The notes under the pieces: generated by a model | Database searches by the model: none | Seen by the model: the letters and a program-made list of their open reading frames with translations, nothing else | Told to the model about the DNA's origin: nothing | Part shown: one piece after another, positions 49,523 to 61,265 of the stretch | Layout of the letters: every line of letters starts with the position of its first letter | Numbering within the stretch: position 1 is the stretch's first letter | Assembly: GCF_018977255.1 (NCBI RefSeq) | Contig: NW_024704743.1 | Location: 55,244,001-55,308,000 of the forward strand | Source: Callorhinchus milii | Lineage: Eukaryota | Reading direction: 5' to 3' | DNA length: 64,000 nucleotides | Made by a program: the position numbers and the translations under genes

Positions 49523-52077
49523 ACAGCATCAGCACGTTGTGTTTAATCGGTGAAATCGGTGGAGCATGTAGGAACGGTAAAGGGATAATAGTGGGTGATT
49601 TCAATCTCCACATAGAGTGTGAAAACCAAATCGGCAAAAGTAGGTCAGAAGAAGAGTTTATTGAGTGTATGAGAGATAACTTTCTAGAGCAGCACGCCGA
49701 GGAACCAACTAGGGGACAGGCCATCCTAGACCTTGTTTTGTGTAACGAAACAGGGCTAGTTGGCAGTTTTGATATTAAGAATCCTCTAGGGCAGCGTGAT
49801 CACAATATGATTGAATTCTGCATTAAGTTAGAGAGGGATATAGTTAAATCCGAGGCAAGTATTCTGAATTTAAATAGGGCTAATTTTGTAGGTATGAGGA
49901 AAGATTTAGGTAAAATAGACTGGAGAATAAGATTAAGAGGTAAAAATGTAGATCAACAGTGGCAAATATTTAAGGATGTAGTGCAAAATTCTCAGCGGTC
50001 GCATTTTTCCTTGCGGAATAAGAGTACCACAGAGAAAGCAATTCATCCATGGCTAACTAGAGCAGATAGGGAAAGCATCAAATTAAAAGAAAAGGCTTAT
50101 ATAACTGCCAAGAAAAGCGGCAAATCTGAAGATTGGGAGAGTTTTAGAAACCAGCAAAATAAAACTAAAAAACTCATTAAGAGCGAGAAAAAGGAGTATG
50201 AGGGTAAGCTAGCTAGGAACATTAAGTCTGATTGTAAAAGTTTTTACAAATATATTAAGAGGAATAGGCTAGTGAGGGTAAATGTAGGTCCACTACAGTC
50301 AGAGACGGGAGAAGTTGTAATGGGGGACAAGGACATGGCAGAGTCCCTAAATGGGTACTTTGCATCTGTCTTCACCCTAGAAGACACAACAAATCTGCCA
50401 ACAATAGAGATGCACCAAAGGGATAAGGACAGGGAGCAACTTAGGGAAATGTTCATTAGTAGAGAATTGATGCTAGGGAAACTGTTAGCACTAAAAAGTG
50501 ACAAATCCCCTGGTCCAGATGGCTTGCATCCCAGGGTTTTAAAAGAGGTAGCTTATGAGATGATCCTATGTCTGATCTTCCAAAATTCCTTGGATTCTGG
50601 AACAGTCCCATGGATTGGAAGATCGCAAATATCACACCACTATTTAAAAAAGGTGGAAAGGAAAAGATGGGGAACTATAGGCCAGTTAGTCTCACATCAG
50701 TGATAGGAAAAATTTTACAATCGTTGATTAAGGATGTGGTAGTGCGATATTTAGGGGAGCACAACATAATTAGGCCAAGTCAACATGGCTTTACAAAAGG
50801 GAAGTCATGTTTTGATAAATCTCATAGAGTTTTTTGAGGACATTTCCAGTAAACTAGATAAGGGTGAATCAGTGGATGTGGTCTATTTGGACTTCCAGAA
50901 GGCATTCAATAAGGTGCCGCATAAAAGGTTAGTCCAAAAGATAAGGGCCGATGGAATTGGGGGGAGCATATTAACGTGAATTGGGGAATGGTTAACGGGT
51001 AGGAAACAAAGAGTAGGGATAAACGGGTCAGTTTCGGATTGGTGAGATGTGACTAGTGGAGTGCCACAAGGATCATTCCTTGGGCCTCAGCTATTTACCA
51101 TCTACATCAATGATCTAGATGAGGACATCGAAGCTAATATATCTAAATTCACGGATGACACAAAACTAGAAGGAAATGCCAACACAGAGGACGACATAAA
51201 AAAAATGCAAGGAGACATAGATAGGTTAGGTGATTGGGTAGGTAGGTGGCAGATGAAGTATAGTGTAGGGAAATGCGAAGTCATCCACCTCGGTAGCAAA
51301 AACAGTAGAGCGTGTTATTTTTTAGAAGGGGAGAGATTGGAATGTGTTAGCGTCCAGAGCGACTTGGGTGTCCTTGTACACCAATCACAGAAAGTTAGTC
51401 TGCAGGTGCAGCAGCAATTAGGAAGGCGAACGGTATGTTAGCATTCATTATGAAAGGATTAGAGTATAAGAGTAGGGAAGTCTTGCTGCAACTGTATAGG
51501 GCCCTGGTGAGACCACACCTGGAATACTGTGTGCAGTTTGGTCTCCTCATTTAAGGAAGGACGTACTTGCCTTGGAGGGGGTGCATCATAGATTTACTAG
51601 GTTAGTGCCAGGGATGAAGGGGATGAGTTACGAGGATAGGCTGACCAATTTGGGCCTATATTCTCTAGAATATAAAAGAATTAGAGGGGATCTTATAGAA
51701 ACCTATAAGATCATCAAAGGGCATGATAGAGTAGATAGTGGGAGATTGTTTCCCCTGGTTGGAGAAACTAAAACCAGGGGTCACAACCTTAAAATCAGAG
51801 GCCAGCCCTTTCGCACTGAGTTGAGGAAGAACTTCTTCACTCAAAGGGTGGTGAATGTATGGAACTCACTACCCCAAAGGGCTGTTGACGCTCAGTCCTT
51901 GAACATATTCAAGACTGAGATAGATAGATTTCTTATTGCTAAAGGGATTAAGGGATATGGGGATAAGGCAGGGTCAGGTTATTAGCTGGAGTTAGATTAG
52001 AAGATCGGCTATGATTGAATGGTGGGGCAGGCTCGAAGGGCCGAATGGCCTACTCCTGCTCCTACATGTGTTATGTT
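49523..52077 (+). mobile_element. CR1 LINE, 5'-truncated within the APE endonuclease; pseudogenised ORF2 (EN-RT)
   Basis: IIVGDFN, EPTRGQAILDLVL, DHNMIEF, KSPGPDGLHPRVLKE, WKIANITPLFKKG..NYRPVSLTS, QHGF, DVVYLDFQKAF, SGVPQGS, FTDD (51148-51159), KNFFTQRVVNVWNSLP; several frameshifts and stops; 3' UTR ends GGCCGAATGGCCTACTCCTGCTCC. Confidence 0.97.
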
Positions 52078-53084
52078 AAAATGACCAAAAGTGCAGTCAA
52101 AGAGATGGGTCTTGAGACAGACCTTAAAAGTCTCATTCGAGGGATTAGCCTGTAGTTTTTGTTTGAATTGACGGAGAGGTAACCTTAGAAGTCATGGAAT
52201 ATGTGCAGCTATTCCATGAATTCAAAGTTATGATATTCAATGTCAGTTTTACAAATGTTCTGTGGTGATAATGATGGGGGACCTCCAAGGATAGCCCAAT
52301 CTATAAGGCTAATATAGGTAAAACGGTATGATCCCACCACTCTGTGATGCCTTTAAATGTCTTCTCTGTTATCTTCACAACAACCTCCAATTACTTCAGT
52401 TGGGATTAAAAGATCTGTCAAGATATAATAAATTGGTGAAGTAGGTTTAATGAGCTGCAAAGCTTCCTGCTATTCTTATTTTCCTATGTGACAGCTATGA
52501 AAGGTATGACAATTAGTAACTATATCTCAGACTTTTTTNATTGAAGACAAGGACACTTCAGTTATAGAAGTTGAGGGGTACAGAGGCCAGGGCTGCCTCT
52601 ATATCAGTAAATGGTGTGGTGCAGCTATTGCCAGAGGTGCCAAACAGCAAAAAGTAGCGAGCTGTTTTCAGCCGTGCCTCAGATGCAGATGAAGTAATTC
52701 ATCCTGTCTTTGTTCACAGAGTGAAGTGATTTTGTTACCGGTTACTTGTGTAGTTTATATCCCGGCATCAAGGAAAGGCAACAGGACCAACAGAATTGTC
52801 ACAACAACTTACAGAACATTTGACTTGAAACAGTTCTGCAATATGAAGCTTCCTAACCATCTGCTGGCAGTTGGCTACCAAGACTACCAATTCAAGACTG
52901 ATGTTTGGGAAATTTTTTAATAAAAGTCACCTCCTTCTGCACTTCAATTCATTGAGTTATGTGATGTCCCATTAATTTACATACGTTGAGATCTAAAACA
53001 TGATATTCATAATAAAAGTCGTAAAATCGTTATCCAGTTGCCAGCAGGGGTTACTACTGGTGGTCAAAGTCTTGTAATATTGGT

Positions 53085-53480
53085 GATGTGACTATCCTGT
53101 GGGTGGAAGGTGGGGTGGGAAGTCTCAGGTTCTTCTTGGAGCTGAGCAGATTCCGTGCTGTTGTGCTTAATAATGGAATGTCGAAATCAAATCAATTCTC
53201 TATGGCAGTCTTGGTAGCTCAGTTCCTGAGCCAGGCAGGTCTGCAGTACTCCAGGGCACTGCACGTGACAGACCAGCCAGCTTGGTTGGTTAGTAAGACT
53301 TGGAAGGGAAGGGCAGACCAGACATTTGGAGCAGGGATTCTTTCAATTCTGCAAACCAAATAGGTAGGCTGGACAAACAGTGGGAAGCTTGCCAGACAGT
53401 GTTCTCAATTGCAAGCTTTGTGGTTTTAGCTGGATAAACTCCAGCATTGTCCTGAAGGACCTTCTGAGGGCCTCTAACCC
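53085..53480 (+). repeat. Unclassified interspersed repeat, copy 5 (reference copy)
   Basis: Shares blocks with copies 1-4 (see findings). Confidence 0.75.
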
Positions 53481-54110
53481 ATGGCTCTTGCCAACATACG
53501 CCTAATACTCTCCAGGATTAGGTAAGCAGGGTGTGTTCCTCCAAGGAGACAGTGTGCATTGCATTCCAGATACAGGAAATTTTCAGTCATACTTATTGGA
53601 ACTCTTAGTCTGATTTGGATACTCTTAAGCATAGTATTAGTTTCTTCACGTGTCAGACACCTGGCTGACCACAAAAACAGTTGGTGATTGTGAAATAACT
53701 AAACTGAATTAAGTTTGTATAGTTGTCATTATTCTCTTCGCCCAAAACGCCCAAGGAGATTGACTAGACATGTCCACATGTTTTAGCCATTGCATTATTG
53801 CTCAAAGTTTACATATGTAAAACAAGATGGCCGAACTTACAAGTTGTTGATGTCACAAACCATGGGCCTGTTTGAGGACCCAATAAAATGGCTAAAATGT
53901 TTTCAATTTTGTTTTCAATAACAAGTAACCAGAGGGTATAATAAAGTAACTACTGATTGCAATTTTCCAGTTATAATTGTAGGTTATTGTTCCCCTCCTT
54001 TCTTGGCAACCGAAAGTATCTCAGTGAATAATAATGCGGTCACCTTTCTCTTCAGTCTTTCTATACATTCATGCCACCATTTGGGATAATATCTATACCT
54101 ATCTATTCGT

Positions 54111-54438
54111 GGAGTCCTGTAGCTCAGTGGTTAGAGCACTCACTTTGCAAGTGAGAGACCTGAGTTCAATTCCAGGCAGGGCGAAACCTTGGGTAAGTTT
54201 CCTTACTCCACACACCTAATAATAATCCCTCCAAAACCAAAAACAATAATAAAAATTGGTCATTTTCAATCAACGACTGTTTGTGGGACATTGCTGTGCG
54301 CAATTGGTTGCCGCGTTCGCCTACAAATATACAGTCAATTCACTTTACAGTGTGTTCTGTGAAGCGCTTTGGGACGTCCTCCCGACGTGAAAAGCGCTAT
54401 ATCAAATGCAAGGATTATTATTATTATTATTATTATTA
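54111..54438 (+). mobile_element. Young full-length tRNA-Ala-derived SINE with L2-type tail
   Basis: A-box TAGCTCAGTGG, anticodon arm CTCAC-TTTGCAA-GTGAG (TGC), B-box GTTCAATTCC, 3' stem-loop, (TTA)n tail. Confidence 0.95.
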
Positions 54439-54880
54439 CCTTTCTCAACTGCAAATTTTAAAATGCAAAGGTCAATTATCATGTTGAAGTCCATATGTAT
54501 AGAAACATAGTAAAACAGCAATAGGAGGAAGCCATTCAGCCCATCAAGCTCATTCCACCAGATCTTAGATCTGTTTTTACCATAGCCCTTAATACCTCTA
54601 TTCCTCAGGTATTTTTCTTCTAAACATCTCTATTCACATCCTAGCAGAGTAAGATACAATAATACTGAGGGGGCAGGGTTCAAAGCAAAGTGTGGATATT
54701 CTATACATTGAGAGAACTTATCAATTTGCTGGACACTTGTGAGTGCTCTTTTAAGTAAACCTTAAATGAGAGTAACTGACGAAAATTTCTCGTACTCTTA
54801 TGCCTCTTATGAATAATGTCTTAAAATGTTAAATCATGAGTAATTTTTGAGAAGAAATCTCAAATTCAGGCCTAATTTAA

Positions 54881-55318
54881 CAACAACAACAACAACAACA
54901 AGATTCCATTTATAAAGCGCCTTTCACGTCAGGAGGACGTCCCAAGGCGCTGCACAGTTGGGTCATGACCCGAGCAGGGGGGAAATGGTCAGGGTGAGGG
55001 GAGGGAAGGGAGGGAGCGAGGAGGGGGAAGAAAGTCGAGAGGGGAGCTGAAGGCACGGTCAAAGAGAAAGGTCTTGAGACCGGCCTTGAAGGAGGAAAGG
55101 GAGGAGGCGGCGAAGGCACTGGGGGATGGAGTTCCAGAGCCTCGGGGCTGAGAGGCTGAAGGCCCGACCACCGATGGTAGGGCGATTGGGGCGGGGGATG
55201 TGGAGCAGACCGGAGCCAGAGGAACGGAGGGTACGGGCAGGTAGGTAGGGGGATAGTAGGTTGGAGAGGTAGGAGGGAGCAAGGCCGTGAATGGCCTTGT
55301 AGGTGAGGATGAAGATCC
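54881..55318 (-). mobile_element. Young L2 3' fragment with 16-bp TSD
   Basis: 'SLSSFKAGLKTFLFDRAF' coding, (TTG)n tail, TTCAGGCCTAATTTAA at 54865-54880 and 55326-55341. Confidence 0.92.
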
Positions 55319-56107
55319 TCAGGCCTTCAGGCCTAATTTAAAAGCCAATATTCTGCAGATCTAAAATTAGGCTTTCTGTATTTTAAAGTTCTCATTAATC
55401 TTAAATATTAAGACAATTGCCTTAAGGTTAAGAGCATGAGAAACTTCATGGCCCTGATTTCTTGTTTTGAAGGCTGTTTGGCATACCAAGATGTTTAAAT
55501 CTCCCTCTGGCAGATCAATATCTTATGTGCGTGCCTGGGTTTACAAATCACAATGATGATCTCGAGACTTCGTTTCCTCTTGATCATGGAGCCAGGAACT
55601 AGCATCACAAAGCTGAGGTAGTTTGAATGGCTTTGTGAAAGCACGCACACAGCTTACTGAAGCTGTATGAAAAATGCAACTAACTTTTTTAAAGATGTGG
55701 GTCACTGATGTAGTTTTCAGTGATATTAGCTGTGATAGGTTCACTCTGAACTATGAAAGCACGGTGTAAATGAACAAATAAGATAATGCACTCCGGCTTT
55801 AAGTGCGATTGAAGGAAATGCAGCTCTCTTGTGTTTTTTTGCCTGTCACCTTGCTGTGTGAATTTATGGAGTGTTGCCACTTCAGATCTTTTTGTGTTTG
55901 TATTAAGTGTGCTTAGAGAGGCTCTTAGGAGAATTAACGCAGGAAACAGGACTGCTCTTCTCACCGTGTCCAGAACAAATCAGACTTTCTGATTTTTTGT
56001 TTTCTGGCAGCTGCTTTTCTTGGAAAGTGTAAGTACATGATCACTTAGTAATAATAATAATAATATAACACTTAGTGTTATATTGTGTGGCAAATATTCC
56101 ATGAATT

Positions 56108-56429
56108 TAATGATAATAATAATAATCCTTGCATTTGATATAGTGCTTTTCACGTCGGGAGGACGTCCCAAAGCGCTTCACAGAACACACTGTAAAGTGA
56201 ATTGACTGTATATTTGTGGGCGAACCCAGCAGCCAATTGCGCACAGCAATGTCCCACAAACAGTCGTAGATTGAAAATGGCCAATTTATTATTGTTTAGT
56301 TTTTTTTGGAGGGATTATTATTAGGCGTGAGGAGTAAGGAAACTTGCCCAAGGTTTCGCCCTGACTGGAATTGAACTCAGGTCTTTCACTTGCAAAGCGA
56401 GTGCTCTAACCAATGAGCTACAGGACTCC
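56108..56429 (-). mobile_element. Young full-length tRNA-Ala-derived SINE
   Basis: Colinear reverse complement of 54111-54438. Confidence 0.95.
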
Positions 56430-57271
56430 AAATTTGAGCAAAACACCCTGTGTTTTTCATATAGTTCCTTTATAATTAAGATGATTTATTTTATGTGCTT
56501 CTTATTAACATGAATAGCCTTTCTCATCCTTATTACACTTTATTAACAAATAAATAAAATAAATATATGCCCGCCTCCATCCCTTTTTACCCTGGGATCT
56601 CATGTTAAATAATTAAAACAAGTAAACAGGCTTGTCTACATTTAATCAAAAGGAAGAGTGAGGAATTCTACAATAGATCTCTTCTAAGGTTCACATTTAA
56701 GAAAAACTTTTTAAATGCCTCACCCCATGATACATTTAAAGCAATCATTTCTTTGTTAGGTTTGGTTTTCCTCACAAAAANTAACTTTTGATTCAGTTGA
56801 CTTTTGACAGCAAGTTAACAAATGAAATTTAAAATCAGTACAGTAATTGAAACTTCACGTACTTTGTAAAATACTGAAGATCTTAAACTCATCAAAAAGA
56901 TCACAGTTCACCACTTAAGTCATAGCTATCTTCACCTAGAGGAAAATAAGACTCGGCATGTTCCAGCGGATAGGCTGCCAACTCTTGGTGACATGACTTT
57001 GTTCATTAGTATTCTTTAAAGTTTTGTACTCTCTTCTGCTTAATGGTGAAAACTGTACCAACAGGTTTAACAATGTTTAACAAGTTTAACTGTGTTTAAC
57101 AGTGTTGCTGTTCAACTCACTGGAGTTCCGGCTGTTGTAATGTAAGGCAGTATTCTTTGCCGTGTTATTGCTTGTGTTTGCAATTCTTCAAAATGTTTAC
57201 ATTTTTGGGTCTAATCTGTGATATTTCTTAACAGGATTCCTTAATTGATTCAGAGAAGATTCCCTGAGGGT

Positions 57272-57420
57272 CAACAACAGCAATTTGCATTTATGTAGCG
57301 CCCTTCACCCGGGTAGCATCCCGGAGCGCTTCACAGTGCGGAGTCTGACAACGAGCCGGGGGGGGAGAGAGAAGGGAAGATAACCGTAAGCACGATCAAA
57401 AAGGAAGGTCTTTTTCGAGG
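57272..57420 (-). mobile_element. L2 3' end
   Basis: 'KTFLFDRAYG' coding; same subfamily as 34918-35070. Confidence 0.75.
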
Positions 57421-58939
57421 GAATTAAGTGATTTGAAAACGAGTGAGAGGATCTTGAAATCGATTCATTTGGTGATTGGGAGTCAGTGGAGCCTGGCAAC
57501 GACCGGTGTGATGGGTCATCACAATATACTTCCAGTTGTCAGAAAGAGACCTGTTATTAAGGAATCCCACTGAGGAACACTACACCATATTCCCAATTTA
57601 GTGCCCAGTATATAATCTTCACTTTTATACATTCCAGTGTTTGTCACATGAGAAAATCTGAACCCTCTTATTATGAAATGAATTTTATTATCGTTTCAAC
57701 AAAAACATTGAACGAACATTAGTCATATTTACAGAACACTTAATTAAAATAATTTTAAAAATACGTAGTTTTTTTAATGAACACTTAGTAGCCGAAAGCT
57801 GTGTACAAATTGGCTGCTGTGTTCCCACAAAAATACACTTTACAGTAAATCCTGTGATGAGCTTCGAGACTTCCTCCCAATGTGAAAAGCCTTACATCAA
57901 ATAAGAGCATCAAAAGGACATTTTAAATTTGTATTAATTATTTTATTTGAATTATTGTCCCAAGGTTGGGTTTGATGATTTAGCTGTGCTAAAAAAGGAA
58001 TTTAGAACTACAAACCTATATATAGGATTCTGGCACCCTTGAAGCATTTCGGTCATGGCTATATATAGATCAATACCAGTAAAAGAGATAATAATAGTTA
58101 TTTGGGATCAGCTTCACTACCAATAGAAGTAGGCAGATGAGTCCGGAGTATCAAGTTTTCCTAAGAACATAACACATCACAACACTTTTCCACAAACATC
58201 AGGCGTTTTTAGACTTTGAAATTCTTGGCCTTTAAGAGCAGTACAGTTTTATGAGCTTTGGTTCATAAAGTTCAGTGTGAGTGCCTGTGTGTTGATAGGA
58301 AAATAATTTTAAATGTTCTGGAATTCTGAATCTCTGTTTTTTTTATCTTTGACCACAATATATTAAATATTACTTTTCAATATTTCTGTGATTTCTACTT
58401 AGGAACTTTTAGGAGAATAAATGTAGCATGTTTGGTTTTATTGATACTGTGTACAGCCACAGCCAAGATAAATATGAACTGTTTGTTTATATGCTCTTGC
58501 AGTGCTGAGTCTGTGACCCTGTTGACTCTATTTCTATAGTGGTGGTCTCCCTGGGTTTGTACTGATTCTCACAGTGCTACAAGAGAAGGCTTAATCTTCA
58601 TACAAGTTGCTAACAGAGTCCGACAAGCGCCAGCCTCCTCCATGGGACAGCATTCTCAGTCATTAGGAGATGTTTCTAGTTTAGAAAAATAATTCGGAGA
58701 CATAAACAAAGGTTTAAATATTCCTGAAAAAGCAAAGTCAAGAGTTTTCTTTCAGATTGCAAATCTTCAACACTCTTCACAAAAAGCGCTTTATAGGGTT
58801 TACTGTAAAATGTAGTAACTGTGTATTTTGTAGGCAAACTTGAATTTGATATTCACCTCTTGAGAAACATCTCAAAGCATTTCAGACAATTCAGGTATAG
58901 TGTTAGTTGGACTTCACCCTTTCTTCTGCTGAAATCTTC

Positions 58940-59315
58940 CTTCCTACCTGCTAACTCCTTATCAACCTGTCCACTCCCACTGCTCAGCAGACTCCGGCCT
59001 GCTCCATGTCCCCCTGACCCACCCCACCATCAGCGGTCGGGCCTTCAGCCTCTCCGCTTCTACCTTTGGAACTCCATCACACATTCCCTTCGCCCTTCAC
59101 CCTCCCTTGCGTCCTTCAAGGCATGTCTCATGACCCTCTTCTTCGACCATGCCTTCGGCCATCCTCCAACCCTCCCTACCTTCCAACCTCCCTGACCCCA
59201 ATTCCCCGCCCCCACACCCCCTCCACCTGCTTGGGTCCAAATCCCTGACTGTCCAGCACCTTGGGACTTCCCCAGACGTGAAAGGCGCTATACCAATATA
59301 ATATTGTATTGTATT
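58940..59315 (+). mobile_element. L2 3' fragment
   Basis: LWNSITHSLRPSPSLASFKACLMTLFFDHAFG; tail CAGCACCTTGGGAC..GTGAAAGGCGCTATA. Confidence 0.85.
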
Positions 59316-59849
59316 CATTCCTGCATCTCCAAAGATATCAATGGCCTCAAATTAGATCCACAACTTAAAAACTCTGCAACCGTTATTTTCTTCTGCACAC
59401 CAATACAACAACAACAACAATTTATATAGCGCCCTCCATGCTTTACAGTTTAGGATCCCAATCACTCTCATCTTCACCACTGGTTCCCAGTATCACTGGT
59501 TACACTTGTTCCCAATATCCCAGCAAATTGACTTTGTTTTGCAGTGTTCTGTACCATAATTGTTAGTACTTTGAGATGTTACTTCTATGTTGACGGCACT
59601 AACTAATATATGAGCATGATAAATGTCACATTGCGTGAATCGATTAAATATGATATCACATTCACTTTGTTATGAAATATCGTATTTTTCCAATCATTCC
59701 TAAACCGGAATTGATCACCCCCTTTACATAATGGTTATATATTAAATAATAATAATCCTTACATTTGATATAATACCTTTCATGTTGGGAATACATCTCA
59801 AAGTACTTCACAGGATATACTGTAAAATGTTGTGACTGCAGCCACATCA

Positions 59850-60070
59850 GCCACAACACCCCTAAACTCTGAGACTCCTGGCCTTAATCCTTCTGCCTTG
59901 ACCTCTCTTTATGTACCTTGAAATCCCACTTGAAAACTTTCTTCCTCAGCCGTGCCTATGGTCAAACCCCTCTTTCCCTTCTCCCTTGCTCGGAGTCCAT
60001 CCCCACCACTTCAAGTGCTCTGAGATGTTATCCTGCATGAAGAGCGCTATATAAATGCAAGATGTTGTTG
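59850..60070 (+). mobile_element. L2 3' fragment
   Basis: 'LKSHLKTFFLSRAYG' coding; AGAGCGCTATATAAATGCAAGATGTTGTTG tail. Confidence 0.7.
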
Positions 60071-60950
60071 AAGGTGTATTTTTTAGGCATTTGGTCCTAT
60101 GTTCAATTTCAAAAAAATTCAGACAACCATCTTGGCTAATGCTTAGCAGGGCCTGACTTTATTTNGATCCTTGAGTGAACATTTGAATGCTGCTTCACAA
60201 GATAACAATTGAGTTAAATTCTTGTGCTATTTTTAGCTGCATTCAAATGCCAATCTCTATGATTAGACACAGCCACTGAAAGGAGAATTCTTCAAGCCCA
60301 ACCTATATGCGGGGGAGGGGCGGGGGAGATGGAAGGTAATGGATCAAAAGTGTAATGTTTCTTAACCGATATGATTATCACATCAGATCTGTGAAGAAAT
60401 GTCACATTTTCATCTTATGAATGCTAGTTGTTATGGTTAATATAGGCAAATACAGCAGCTAATATCTGGCAGCAATGTCCATCTAACAGGAAAGAGATGA
60501 ATGATAAAATTTAACCTGTTTTATTTGTGGTGAATTTCATGGAGTGGAACATATTGTCGCAGACACCAGATATGCCATAGAATCATTAATATCCACTTTA
60601 ATATCTCATGCACCTCCAGTAATGTACTGCACCCTCCATTACCGTATTGGACTTGGTAGCTTTGTTTAGTCTCAAATCTTGGTATAGGACTGAACCTTCT
60701 GTCCCAGAGGTGAAAGTGCTACCAAGCAAGCTAAAATGACACAAAATATCATGACCATCTTGGTACAATGAACAACAAATGTATATATTTGATAAGTAAC
60801 AGTGAATAAGATGTGTACATTTATCAGGATTTGTAAATTTGCCAAACTAAATTTAGGTCTCAAGACTCATTTTGATCCCACTTTGGGGTATCTTTCCCCT
60901 CTCGACACCTCTCTGCTCCCACACCCAGCTTCCCACCCACACCCAGATAT

Positions 60951-61265
60951 GATAATAATAATAATCCTTGGATTTGATAAAGCGCTTTTTCACGTCTTCC
61001 AAACGTCTCAAAGCACTTCACAGAATATACTGTAAAGTGAATTGATTGTATATTTGTGGGCAAAACGCGGCAGCCAATTGCGCACAGCAATGTCCCACAA
61101 ATAGTCATGGATTGAAAATGACCAATTTATTATTGGGTTTTTTTCTTGAGGGATTATTATTAGGTGTGTGGAGTAAGGAAACTTGCCCAAGGTTTCGCCC
61201 TGCCGGGAATCAAACCCAGGTCTCTTGCTTGCAAGGCAAGTGCTCTAACCACTGAGTTACAAGAC
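60951..61265 (-). mobile_element. Full-length tRNA-Ala-derived SINE
   Basis: Same family as 54111 and 56108. Confidence 0.92.

Noticed and set aside
49507..50703. Longest ORF (398 aa) as a host gene
   Set aside because: It is the endonuclease/linker part of a frameshifted CR1 ORF2.
54111..54183. tRNA-Ala(TGC) gene (also 32049, about 56357-56429, about 61193-61265)
   Set aside because: The acceptor stem does not close and the sequence runs into a SINE body and L2-type tail, so these are SINE heads.
55553..55617. Box C (ATGATGA) and box D (CTGA) snoRNA-like spacing
   Set aside because: No terminal stem and no recognisable rRNA or snRNA guide; expected by chance.
55607..55638. let-7-like TGAGGTAG within CACAAAGC..GCTTTGTG
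   Set aside because: Only the first 9 nt match let-7, and they lie in the loop of an 8-bp stem rather than in a pre-miRNA arm.
57062..57105. GTTTAAC repeated four times (CRISPR-like or binding-site array)
   Set aside because: A short degenerate 9-10 bp tandem repeat without spacers, in a eukaryotic context.
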